This document shows, piece after piece, positions 28,800 to 37,263 of a stretch of 64,000 nucleotides of DNA (position 1 is its first letter; each line of letters opens with the position of its first letter). Made by a program: the position numbers and the translations under genes. The notes under the pieces were generated by a model. That model was not told where the DNA came from. It saw only the letters and a program-made list of their open reading frames with translations, and did not search any database. The DNA comes from a virus: positions 8,211-72,210 of IMG/VR virus record IMGVR_UViG_3300034630_000009; one strand, 5' to 3'.

Positions 28800-30737
28800 C
28801 TACCTAAGGTCTAAACCATTCTTCTGTACTAAGGCAATAACTTCATTGCTTGGAGTGGCAAAACTGACATTTGAAAAACCGCCGTTCTCGTTAAGCCATG
28901 CAGATTTATTCACACCGATCATTTCACCTTGCTGATTAAATAATGGACCACCGGAGTTGCCATACCGCAAAGCGATCTTCGCTTTGATGTCAGCACCCCT
29001 CAAACCAAGAATGTACCCTTGGTTTATTTTTGCCTTGTTGGCGGGATTGCCAATTGAGCAAACTTTCTCGTTAGGCTGAACAGCCTTAGCCGCCAAACTT
29101 ACAACAGCTAGCGACTGAGCGGTAACTACTTTTACAATTGCAAGATCTCGCAATTGATTAAAAGCAACTACAGTGCCCTGGAAATTCTGCCCTGAAGCCA
29201 AACGGATATAGATTTTATTTTTCCTGTCCGCGATTGCTTCTTTCACTACGTGGTGATTAGTGACGATTAAGCCATCACTGGAAATCACGCTACCTGAACC
29301 AATCTCATAACCTGCATAAATTTGAGCAAATGCGGGGTTGTTCGTTATACATACTGACTGATAGCCGCTTTCATGCGAGACTGACGCGACTTTCTGCTTT
29401 TCCACTTTAGAACACACTTGGATTGTATAGTCCAGGATCGATGGATACTTGCCTTGCGGGGTGCTGCTGTTTTTGTTGCTAGCGCTGCCTGAGTACCAAA
29501 AAGAAGCCGTCGATCGACAAGCTTCAAAGCTACTCTCTCCGGCTTTACGCGCTCGTTTAAACTCCTGTGTGAGTTTGCAGGTAGCAATCTTTTCCTGATG
29601 ATCCGGGCTGCCAAGAAACTGCTGAGCCGTAAGCTGTTGCCCTAAACACTCCTGTGACCAGGAAGGCACATTGGCAGGCATAATCTGATATTTACCCAAG
29701 GCACCCGAATCAGCATTAGTAGTCGCATAATCACCGCCCGATTCTTGATTGGCGATCGCCTTGATGACTGGATTGCTACTACCTGCCGATCGTGCCGTCG
29801 CACCGACAACCGCCATCTCCAAATAGCCGCGCTGGGGTGGAATATATTTGCCGCCCACTTTTTGACCCCAGTGCAAATGCGGTCCGGTTGAATTGCCCGT
29901 GTTGCCAGAAAGTGCGAAGACTGAGCCTGTTTTATGGCTACCAGGATCGCACTGGGATAAATGTGCAGCGAGAAAGCTATAAAGCTGCCCAGAGGGTTTG
30001 ATCACGGCATAGGTGCCTGCTGCGTTACCCTCAGATTCAGAGTGGCATTCTACCGTGCCTGACATCGGCATTTTGATGGCAGTACCCACAGGCAAAGCAA
30101 CATCGGCACCTTGATGATTAGTAGAACCGATGCCGCCTGGACTGGAACGCAAGCCGAAGCCGCTGGTTACAGCGTAGCTGCCAATTTTTTGCCCTTGTTG
30201 CACGACTGAAGTGTCGATTATTTCATCGCCTTCCTGCAAGGGCAACTCATCTAGCTTGCTGTCGTGCATCGGCACCAATCCAGAGACAGGAAGGATGGCG
30301 TGCAGAATGATTTTCGCCCAATCTGTAGGGGACGCGCCTTTAACCAATTGAGCCGCCATCAAAATGGCAAGGCACACCCAAGGGGCAATGAGGTGAAACC
30401 CTAGCGTGTTGATGTAGAGCGATTCTTGTACGTCGCCTGAAACATCGTTGAGTTTGCGTTTGATTCCTTTCTCTACGCGGTTAAGCTTTAACTCAAAGAA
30501 ATAATCCCAAGCGTCTTTCGGATCTGGCTTGTCTTTGGGCTGACTGCTCGACCGCTTAAGACTTGTTTCGATGCCATCCAAACGATCGTTGATTTTGGAT
30601 AACGCTGCTGCTAGGTCATTGCTAACAGCCCCACCTGACTGGTACTCAGCAACATCGCTATCACTAGCAAATTTGCCTTTATGTCTGCCGCTGGTATGCC
30701 TATAGCGATTAACGTCTGGATCAAACTCAATAGCCAT
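28800..30737 (-). CDS. Membrane-anchored multi-domain wall hydrolase: M23 peptidase + lysozyme/transglycosylase-like + trypsin-like protease
   Basis: HQGAD...GNTGNSTGPHLH (M23); QESGG...ALGKYQIMP (lysozyme-like); TNHHV, DLAIVK, GNSGGPL (trypsin). Confidence 0.88.
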   Translation of the reverse strand: MAIEFDPDVNRYRHTSGRHKGKFASDSDVAEYQSGGAVSNDLAAALSKINDRLDGIETSLKRSSSQPKDKPDPKDAWDYFFELKLNRVEKGIKRKLNDVSGDVQESLYINTLGFHLIAPWVCLAILMAAQLVKGASPTDWAKIILHAILPVSGLVPMHDSKLDELPLQEGDEIIDTSVVQQGQKIGSYAVTSGFGLRSSPGGIGSTNHQGADVALPVGTAIKMPMSGTVECHSESEGNAAGTYAVIKPSGQLYSFLAAHLSQCDPGSHKTGSVFALSGNTGNSTGPHLHWGQKVGGKYIPPQRGYLEMAVVGATARSAGSSNPVIKAIANQESGGDYATTNADSGALGKYQIMPANVPSWSQECLGQQLTAQQFLGSPDHQEKIATCKLTQEFKRARKAGESSFEACRSTASFWYSGSASNKNSSTPQGKYPSILDYTIQVCSKVEKQKVASVSHESGYQSVCITNNPAFAQIYAGYEIGSGSVISSDGLIVTNHHVVKEAIADRKNKIYIRLASGQNFQGTVVAFNQLRDLAIVKVVTAQSLAVVSLAAKAVQPNEKVCSIGNPANKAKINQGYILGLRGADIKAKIALRYGNSGGPLFNQQGEMIGVNKSAWLNENGGFSNVSFATPSNEVIALVQKNGLDLR

Positions 30738-30740
30738 TGA

Positions 30741-30917
30741 TTACTCCTTTGGCGTTGGAGGCTGCATCTGATTTGCTTCCTTACCAATCAATGGCACTTG
30801 CCAACCTGTAGCTTTCTGAAGCTCTTGATTAGCAGGTGCAATCAGCCCAGGTGTAAGGATGTTGGCAGCTACCCACAGCATGAAAAGGTAATACAACCCG
30901 ATCGCAGTTCTTGCCAT
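30741..30917 (-). CDS. Small membrane protein (58 aa, not in ORF track)
   Basis: Hand-translated MARTAIGLYYLFMLWVAANIL...; coupled in the operon. Confidence 0.6.
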   Translation of the reverse strand: MARTAIGLYYLFMLWVAANILTPGLIAPANQELQKATGWQVPLIGKEANQMQPPTPKE

Positions 30918-31108
30918 CACTCCACCCCGTTCGGTGGCACCGGATTGCGGTTTTCAGCAGGGCGCGTTTGACCAGTCAAGATAAACGTGGCTACGTTCCA
31001 CAACACTTTGACCGTGCCTGCCACATCCACCGACAGTTTCACCGTGCCCGATCCCATGAGGTTAAAAAGCAGCAACACAATCACCAACGTCCCGATCGTC
31101 TTACGCAT
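30917..31108 (-). CDS. Small membrane protein
   Basis: Hydrophobic N-terminus; coupled in the operon. Confidence 0.6.
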   Translation of the reverse strand: MRKTIGTLVIVLLLFNLMGSGTVKLSVDVAGTVKVLWNVATFILTGQTRPAENRNPVPPNGVE

Positions 31109-32393
31109 GAGTCAATCCTCCAACTTTGTCTAATGCACCTTCCCAAACCTGTTTCACCCGTTGATATTTCGGGTCGTTGTTGCGTAGCTCTCTCAACCCA
31201 CAAAGAGCCGCAATTTGTCGCAGCGGGCTTTTAATTTCTTTGGCGTTGAACTGTTCAGCCAGATGCTCAATCTCTGCCATCACAGACTCACTGAACGTCT
31301 GCTGCGACCAAACCTCTAAAGGATCTGTTTCATCCACAGGCAGCTTAAGTTCAATGTTGCTCACGCTCAAATTAGGAATCAGTCGGATACTGATCTCCTG
31401 GTTGATGCGCACCACACCCAACCGTCTTGCACCTAAACCTTGGATACCTTTAACCCGATCGATGATGCTGTTCACATCCTCCACTCCTAACCGCCGCAAC
31501 GGGTCAGCTTTCTGTGCTGAGGTGTTAAGCACGATCGTATTGAACGAGTCTTGCGCTGCCAATGACAGTCCTGTGTCGGTGACAGTCAGGTTTTGGATGC
31601 CGCAAATCACCTTGATCCGCTGCTTCAACCCTCGATTAATGACATTCTTAAACGCACTGATGAGAGCATTGGCTTCATCCTTGCCACGACTCTTAGCCAT
31701 GTCAGTTACAGCGATCAACTCGTCGATCGCCAATAGTCTTGGCTGCCAATTGCGGGCATGTGTTGGATCTTGGCTTGCCTCTGCCCGCCGATCGACCTCT
31801 GCTGATTCGGCAATGATCGCATCCCGAATTTGCTCATACGTCGAACGGATGTAGCGATCGCGTGGCAGGTGAAACCACCAATTCGGTTCACTGCCTTCAT
31901 GGGCACTCCCATAATCGAGGTCACAGATGGTGACGTGCAGGTTGGGCTGGTGCTGAAAGTGGTGGGCTAGCTGCCACAACAAGAAAGTGGTCTTACCGTC
32001 ACCAGACACACCGCACACCAACTGCGATCGACGACTAAAATCACCCAGCCACTCACCCTTAATCGATTCAGTCTCCAACCACGCTTGCATGTTGGTACTG
32101 AGTTCCTTTTGCAGGTGCTTCACCTGAATCAGTTTGCGGGCTTCGCCAATGTCCGATCGCTGCAACCCATACACCTGGAATAGATGCTGCCAGCCTTCGG
32201 CAAACGTGTTAACTCCCAGTGCCAGCGCCTGAATGTAATCGCTATTATTCAGTTGCTCTTTGCGGTTTACGCCCACAGAGCCACCCAGCAGGGTCAGCCC
32301 TGCATAAAACCCGATCGGGCTACGAATGGTAGACATCACCAGTGCAGCACTACTTGCTAGCAGCAGGCTTGTTAGCGCTTTTGGTTGGTTCAT
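31101..32393 (-). CDS. Membrane-anchored FtsK/HerA-superfamily ATPase
   Basis: Two N-terminal TMs, GVSGDGKT Walker A, LLAIDE Walker B, RGLKQRI..ICGIQ motif. Confidence 0.8.
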   Translation of the reverse strand: MNQPKALTSLLLASSAALVMSTIRSPIGFYAGLTLLGGSVGVNRKEQLNNSDYIQALALGVNTFAEGWQHLFQVYGLQRSDIGEARKLIQVKHLQKELSTNMQAWLETESIKGEWLGDFSRRSQLVCGVSGDGKTTFLLWQLAHHFQHQPNLHVTICDLDYGSAHEGSEPNWWFHLPRDRYIRSTYEQIRDAIIAESAEVDRRAEASQDPTHARNWQPRLLAIDELIAVTDMAKSRGKDEANALISAFKNVINRGLKQRIKVICGIQNLTVTDTGLSLAAQDSFNTIVLNTSAQKADPLRRLGVEDVNSIIDRVKGIQGLGARRLGVVRINQEISIRLIPNLSVSNIELKLPVDETDPLEVWSQQTFSESVMAEIEHLAEQFNAKEIKSPLRQIAALCGLRELRNNDPKYQRVKQVWEGALDKVGGLTHA

Positions 32394-33051
32394 CAGCTTT
32401 TACTGGATTGAGAAAATTGGTACCGAGGATCAGAGAATACTGAGCGATCGCTTCATTTGCCGCGTCAAGATACTCTTTCGGCGCGATCGCTTTGTCGCTA
32501 ACAGCTTCTCCTTTCTTGACCGCACGTAAGGCATGAAGGCAGGCTAATGAATCAATGAAGCGGTCTTTCAACACGGCGAACTGCTCAACATCGCCCGATA
32601 GCGACCCATAACGCTTGGAGGCTTTGGCATAATCGCGGTACTGCTCAGCGTAAGTTTGCACTAACCAATACTCGGCATTGCTGCTCTTCTGCGCCTGTCG
32701 CTGAAACTGGTCGGCTCTGATCTTAATGAGCAACCCGAAATCACGATCACCTGTCGCAACGGCTTTATCCAGTGTGCTAATCAAGTCATCCATTGATGGT
32801 GAGTCAGTGGCAGGGGCTAGAGCTTGCCCATCCTTCTGCACCTGCCTCTGCACAGCAGCATCACGGACTGGTGTAGCTGGTGGGTTCTGGTGGGGTCGGG
32901 TAATCAGAGGCAACGCGATCGCGCCCACTACCACACCAAAGAACAACAGCTTACCTGCAAAGGTCGGCTTCCCTGGCGATGGGTTTGTCGAAGTTGGTGG
33001 GGTTGGTGTATGCCCATTTTGAGCGTTAAATTCTGGTGTGTCTGAAAGCAT
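32350..33051 (-). CDS. Single-pass membrane protein
   Basis: TM at aa ~35-50; in operon. Confidence 0.65.
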   Translation of the reverse strand: MLSDTPEFNAQNGHTPTPPTSTNPSPGKPTFAGKLLFFGVVVGAIALPLITRPHQNPPATPVRDAAVQRQVQKDGQALAPATDSPSMDDLISTLDKAVATGDRDFGLLIKIRADQFQRQAQKSSNAEYWLVQTYAEQYRDYAKASKRYGSLSGDVEQFAVLKDRFIDSLACLHALRAVKKGEAVSDKAIAPKEYLDAANEAIAQYSLILGTNFLNPVKADEPTKSANKPAASK

Positions 33052-33140
33052 GGTATTTCCCCACTAAAACAGTTTTCGTCCCACCAAATCAACGCAAGAA
33101 TCGGACTTTGAGGTCTGTCGCTGGTGGGTGGATGGGCTTT

Positions 33141-33563
33141 CTACGGATCGACTTTTTGATCCTCTCGCAGCGAAAGCAGGTTGCTTAAGCTGTCCAATTC
33201 AGCAGCAGTCAGGGTGCCGCGCTGCATTTGACGAGTGATAAATTTAGCCACTACCGCATCGTCATCGCGCTCTGGTATCGCTAGTGCAGTGGCTATGACT
33301 GCTGCGACAACAGACAAACCAGCAAACGGCGCAATGTGCGTCATCACCACACCCAGGAAGCGCTCACGCCCCTGCACGGTGGTGGCAGGATAGTTCTCTA
33401 AATAGTGGTTGGTGGCAACGCCAGTAGCGAGAAAAGCGGCAAAACCACTAGCGATCGCGCTGCTCAGTGTCTTCAGGGTGAGGCGCTGTAAAACTTTTGA
33501 GTAAGGGTTGGGCATGGCTGATAGAGAGGGTATAGAGAACGCCGAAAAGGAAGGCGAGAGCAA
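33141..33563 (-). CDS. Two-TM membrane protein
   Basis: Two hydrophobic helices; start uncertain. Confidence 0.6.
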   Translation of the reverse strand: MLSPSFSAFSIPSLSAMPNPYSKVLQRLTLKTLSSAIASGFAAFLATGVATNHYLENYPATTVQGRERFLGVVMTHIAPFAGLSVVAAVIATALAIPERDDDAVVAKFITRQMQRGTLTAAELDSLSNLLSLREDQKVDP

Positions 33564-34103
33564 TCAATCCTGAGACTTTCCCAGGCTTTGTAACGCTGTT
33601 AAACCTTCGGTGAGGCTAACAGTCTCAGCATTTGTGGCAGTGTGCAACCTGTTAGTTTCCATCTGGTAGAGACGCGCTTCTAGCTCCAACTTCTGACGCT
33701 TGGCTGCGATCGCAGCAGCGGCTTGCTTGGTCTGCTGCAATTTCTGTTCGCGCTGTTGAATGTCAACTGCCATTGAGGTTTCAAGCTGATCAGCCGCATT
33801 GATGAACTGAGCGGCTAGAGCCAACGGATCTTCGTAGGTTTGCACCTCAGAGACTCGTAAACCTTCCAGGGTGTACGTTTGTGGCAACTGAGGAGCGCCT
33901 AAAACAATCTGATGGTTACCAACCTCTACGGTTACAGGGGAAGCCTCAACGACTGGCTTCAGGTCAAACTCATGCATGAGCATGTCAAGGTCAACAGGGT
34001 TAAGACCATCCGTGATGTCCAAATTCAACTCTTGACAACGACGGTGAACGGTCGTTTTAGAAAGCTTGTTGTCCCTGCAAAATTTGGTTAAAGATGTGTT
34101 CAT
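33564..34103 (-). CDS. N-terminal HTH + C-terminal coiled-coil DNA-binding protein
   Basis: SLTKFCRDNKLSKTTVHRRCQEL HTH; long Q/A/E coil. Confidence 0.7.
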   Translation of the reverse strand: MNTSLTKFCRDNKLSKTTVHRRCQELNLDITDGLNPVDLDMLMHEFDLKPVVEASPVTVEVGNHQIVLGAPQLPQTYTLEGLRVSEVQTYEDPLALAAQFINAADQLETSMAVDIQQREQKLQQTKQAAAAIAAKRQKLELEARLYQMETNRLHTATNAETVSLTEGLTALQSLGKSQD

Positions 34104-34128
34104 TGGTCAAAAACCTCAAAGCCTTATG

Positions 34129-34213
34129 GGAACTGACTTGGAACAGGTCGGAACGGGTTGGAACACGATTCTTTCGTCAACACCTAGTTCCAATCGTGTT
34201 CCAAGGGCGTTCC
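34129..34213. repeat. Helically phased GGAAC array (4 direct + 3 inverted) with a 13-bp inverted repeat
   Basis: GGAAC at 34129, 34140, 34150, 34160; GTTCC at 34187, 34198, 34209; TTGGAACACGATT/AATCGTGTTCCAA. Confidence 0.85.
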
Positions 34214-34312
34214 ACGAATGAAATCACGGTAACACATTTATCCCCTTTGTGTTCCCTTAGTAGGGGTGAAATTAGGTAGATTAGTAGAAATGTGTAGCAA
34301 AGGCGTAAGATT

Positions 34313-34573
34313 ATGACTGAAACATCCCCTACTAGCACCATTGACGATATGCCACCAACCGACGCGCAAAAGATGGAGCGGATCGACTTTGCCGTACCCA
34401 AACCGTTGCTTGATGAAGCGATCGCAATGGCAAAGGAAGATGGGTTTAAGCCCGCTGAATTTTTCCGGCAGGTATGGCTAGACGGGTTGTTCGCTTACGC
34501 AGAGAAAAGCAACAAAGTCTTAGTGAATCGCAAGCTTAGGCGACAAGCCACAGAGACGGATGAATCTAAATAG
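34313..34573 (+). CDS. Ribbon-helix-helix-like regulator
   Basis: RIDFAVPKPLLDEAIAMAKEDG..PAEFFRQ. Confidence 0.65.
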   Translation: MTETSPTSTIDDMPPTDAQKMERIDFAVPKPLLDEAIAMAKEDGFKPAEFFRQVWLDGLFAYAEKSNKVLVNRKLRRQATETDESK

Positions 34574-34619
34574 CCAACTAAAACCCCTGTCGTCACTGGC
34601 AAGGGTTTCTTGTATGCGG

Positions 34620-34665
34620 TAAGGGGCTTTACTGCGACGGCTTTGTGGAGTACCTTGGGTATACC
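34620..34665 (+). promoter_or_regulatory. ~46-bp repeated putative promoter, copy 1
   Basis: TAAGGGGCTTTACTGCGACGGCTTTGTGGAGTACCTTGGGTATACC; near-identical copy at 35192. Confidence 0.6.
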
Positions 34666-34666
34666 T

Positions 34667-34855
34667 ATGCTTCAACCTGGATATACCCCTGAATTTAGAG
34701 CTGCGCGTAGAAACCTCCGTCGTGGGCTATGCCCCAACCTGGAGTTACTAGAGCACATCTATCAGCAAAACTGGGAAGACCATTTGGGGGAGTCTGAGAA
34801 AGTAGTGGCTAGAGAGTGCCTTCGGGAATATGGAGTAGCAGACCAATGGCTGTAG
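34667..34855 (+). CDS. Hypothetical protein
   Basis: ATG immediately after the repeat. Confidence 0.5.
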   Translation: MLQPGYTPEFRAARRNLRRGLCPNLELLEHIYQQNWEDHLGESEKVVARECLREYGVADQWL

Positions 34856-35160
34856 CAGTTGACCTGAGAGCGATCGATGCGTGGTTTGACCAAGTGCAAG
34901 GCTGGACACCTGTGCAGGCTGTTACCAATGAAGGTGTGCCACTTCCAGCTAACGCCTTGCCCGTTGTCACCCTAGAGCAAGTAAAGACGATCGCGTCTAA
35001 GTGCGAATGGGTTGAGATTGACGATATGTCTGACACCCCCTACGCCCAAAGCGGTTTTATGCATCCTGAAGGTATAAGCGTTGGCTGGGGTCACCCCGAT
35101 GATGCCTTTAATGGCAAGGCTGGCACAGGGGTATTGTTCTTTAATGCCTATCGGTTTTAG
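34846..35160 (+). CDS. Hypothetical protein
   Basis: ATG at 34846 with GGAG RBS, overlapping upstream gene. Confidence 0.55.
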   Translation: MAVAVDLRAIDAWFDQVQGWTPVQAVTNEGVPLPANALPVVTLEQVKTIASKCEWVEIDDMSDTPYAQSGFMHPEGISVGWGHPDDAFNGKAGTGVLFFNAYRF

Positions 35161-35191
35161 CGAGCGATCGCTCTCCCGATCAAACCCGTCA

Positions 35192-35238
35192 TAAGGTGGC
35201 TTTACCGTGAAGGGTTTGTGGAGTACCTTAGGTATACC
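35192..35238 (+). promoter_or_regulatory. ~46-bp repeated putative promoter, copy 2
   Basis: TAAGGTGGCTTTACCGTGAAGGGTTTGTGGAGTACCTTAGGTATACC. Confidence 0.6.
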
Positions 35239-35267
35239 GATACCAGAACAGCCTGGAGCGATCGCGG

Positions 35268-35498
35268 ATGTTGACCGACCCGGAGCACTACGAAGAGTGG
35301 TCTGATGAGGTTTGGGCTAAAACTCCTGAAGAGGCAGAAAAGCTTTGCCAATCCCTTGCTGGTCATGCTTTGACAGAGATCTTGCAAGTGACCCAAAAAA
35401 CCAAATCAGCTTCTCGAAACGGTACGTTCAAGTTTGTCTGTTGGTTCAAAACGGAGCAAGCATCTTATGACACTAGCGACAGCGACAGCACCGATTGA
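35268..35498 (+). CDS. Hypothetical protein, paralog of 39005..39226
   Basis: PE.YEEW...VWAK......LCQ..A.....VTQ.TK..S.NGT..FVC.F. Confidence 0.7.
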   Translation: MLTDPEHYEEWSDEVWAKTPEEAEKLCQSLAGHALTEILQVTQKTKSASRNGTFKFVCWFKTEQASYDTSDSDSTD

Positions 35499-35799
35499 GG
35501 GGCTTAAAGCTCTCTTTTACCCGCCCAAGCGTGGCGAGCACTGGCTTTCAATTAACCTGGCGTTAGTAGATGACGTAGCGGAAACATTTGCTGTTGCTAA
35601 AGGTCTGGGGTTTAAGCCCGAATTAGCGCAGATTTCTAGCCGTCAACGGGTAGAGCTTCATGCACTCCTTTTTTATGAACAGACCAACGGTGATCCGATG
35701 ACTACGACGAATCTGGACGACAAAATTGACTATCTAGCCGACCAAATTAACCCGGCTGCCATTCGCCATCCTTATGGGGGAAGGCTTTTACACACATAA
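35467..35799 (+). CDS. Hypothetical protein, paralog of 39207..39512
   Basis: Y.P.RG...LS.NLALVD...AK.LGFKPEL.Q...HALL...LADQ.N..AIR. Confidence 0.7.
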   Translation: MTLATATAPIEGLKALFYPPKRGEHWLSINLALVDDVAETFAVAKGLGFKPELAQISSRQRVELHALLFYEQTNGDPMTTTNLDDKIDYLADQINPAAIRHPYGGRLLHT

Positions 35800-35811
35800 C
35801 AGGAAAGCGGT

Positions 35812-36087
35812 ATGTCTGTGAACTTCACAATTGAGTTCGATGCTCAAGCGGAAGGCTATCAAGCCGAAGATATTGAGCAGTTGCTGAAGCAGATCTCTAA
35901 GAGCGCTGCCTGCCTCTCGACGGTAGTGATTTTGAAAAACGCTCACTACCTGACCACAAAAGCATTTTCTTTACTTCATGACTATCTGCAAAAGCACTCA
36001 ACACGGGTACTGATGGTGCTCATCTCTAGCGATCGCTCTCGCATTTTCCCACCCTTGCTTGCACTTGTTGTAGAAACCCCTCTGTGA
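35812..36087 (+). CDS. AAA+/DnaX-like fragment
   Basis: VVILKNAHYLTTKAFSLL resembles a degenerate clamp-loader Walker B/sensor region. Confidence 0.4.
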   Translation: MSVNFTIEFDAQAEGYQAEDIEQLLKQISKSAACLSTVVILKNAHYLTTKAFSLLHDYLQKHSTRVLMVLISSDRSRIFPPLLALVVETPL

Positions 36088-36098
36088 GCCTCAACGCT

Positions 36099-36479
36099 AT
36101 GAGCAACCAGGCAGATTTAGTGACCAAAGATGAATTTGAAACGGTCAAGCAACTACTAGCAAGCGCTGCTCGGTATGCTGAGTCTTCACATCAACGGCTG
36201 GATCAAGTCTCGATTCAACAGCAGCAGTCGGCTCAAGAAACGCGTGAACTGAGGGAGTCTCAGAAGCAGTCGGCTCAAGAAACGCGTGAACTGAGAAAGT
36301 CTATCCGCGAACTAAGAGAAGCCCAAAAGCAGACCGATCAGCAGTTGCAGTCTTTCATTTTTGAAGCGCAGCGGCTCTTTACGCAGCAAGCCGCCAGCAT
36401 TGAACAGCTTAAAGGCATGAATGAACGGCTGGATGGCGTACTGGCTTATCTCATCCGCAAAGAGCAACGAGGCGAATAG
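36099..36479 (+). CDS. Coiled-coil protein with an internal 42-bp tandem duplication
   Basis: QSAQETRELR repeated twice. Confidence 0.65.
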   Translation: MSNQADLVTKDEFETVKQLLASAARYAESSHQRLDQVSIQQQQSAQETRELRESQKQSAQETRELRKSIRELREAQKQTDQQLQSFIFEAQRLFTQQAASIEQLKGMNERLDGVLAYLIRKEQRGE

Positions 36480-36510
36480 CCTTGCGTAGCGCTTAACTCA
36501 TTCTTCCTTC

Positions 36511-36534
36511 AACCCTCGATCGCTACATCGAGGG
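36511..36534. repeat. Hairpin repeat AACCCTCGATCGCTACATCGAGGG, copy 1
   Basis: Identical 24-mer at 37136; variant at 40373. Confidence 0.85.
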
Positions 36535-36645
36535 CGACATTGACGGATTCCTCGACCAGTACCGCTAATTGCAAAGAATAGCGCTGCCAGTTAGAGTCGG
36601 CAGCGCTATAGTGATTTTGCAATTTCAACTCGTTCAATTCTACTT

Positions 36646-36999
36646 ATGGATACACAACCTAAAGAAATCGATCAATTCTTGTTCTTTTTCGTCAAAGGTG
36701 CCAACGAATTTGACCGACCAGTTACAGAAATTACCTTGAGTGTTCATGGTCTGCTGGTCACTGGTCAAATCATTGGCGCTGCTTTTTACGCCGAACAATT
36801 CAGTCAAGGCAAAGGCAAAGAGTCAGAACAAGCCTATGAACAGATCCGGCAAGACATCCTAGCGCAACAGGATTTGTATATTCACTTGCAAAATGCCAGG
36901 GTGCTGCTGAGTCGGGATTTCATTCCCACTGAAAGCACCGTTCTCTGGCGTGGAAGACTGGACGCGATCGACGGCTTTTTCTGGGGGCGTCTCGTCTAA
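36646..36999 (+). CDS. GvpU-like family protein
   Basis: ITLSVHGLLVTGQII, YIHLQNA, WRGRLDAIDGF motifs. Confidence 0.7.
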   Translation: MDTQPKEIDQFLFFFVKGANEFDRPVTEITLSVHGLLVTGQIIGAAFYAEQFSQGKGKESEQAYEQIRQDILAQQDLYIHLQNARVLLSRDFIPTESTVLWRGRLDAIDGFFWGRLV

Positions 37000-37135
37000 A
37001 GCGCTGCGAGCTTGCAAAATCTCTGCCATCATTTTTAATGGCTGCATGTCTGGATGCATGACGACTTTCATAGGGCATAGCAAAGATAGCAACATCCCTA
37101 CTATGCCCTAAGAGTTTGAGACAAACTATGCTTTT

Positions 37136-37168
37136 AACCCTCGATCGCTACATCGAGGGTTTCTTTAT
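37136..37168. terminator. Hairpin repeat copy 2, probable terminator
   Basis: AACCCTCGAT-CGCTAC-ATCGAGGGTT followed by TCTTT. Confidence 0.75.
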
Positions 37169-37263
37169 GGGCACCACATGCCGCACCACTGGTAGTTGCC
37201 CACTTCGGTAGCACGTCGCGATGATCCGTCAAGAATCACTGTGGCTTAAGCCCAGTGAGTATT

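Noticed and set aside
36536-36570. HDV-like ribozyme (TTCCTCG loop)
   Set aside because: No P1/P2 partners found
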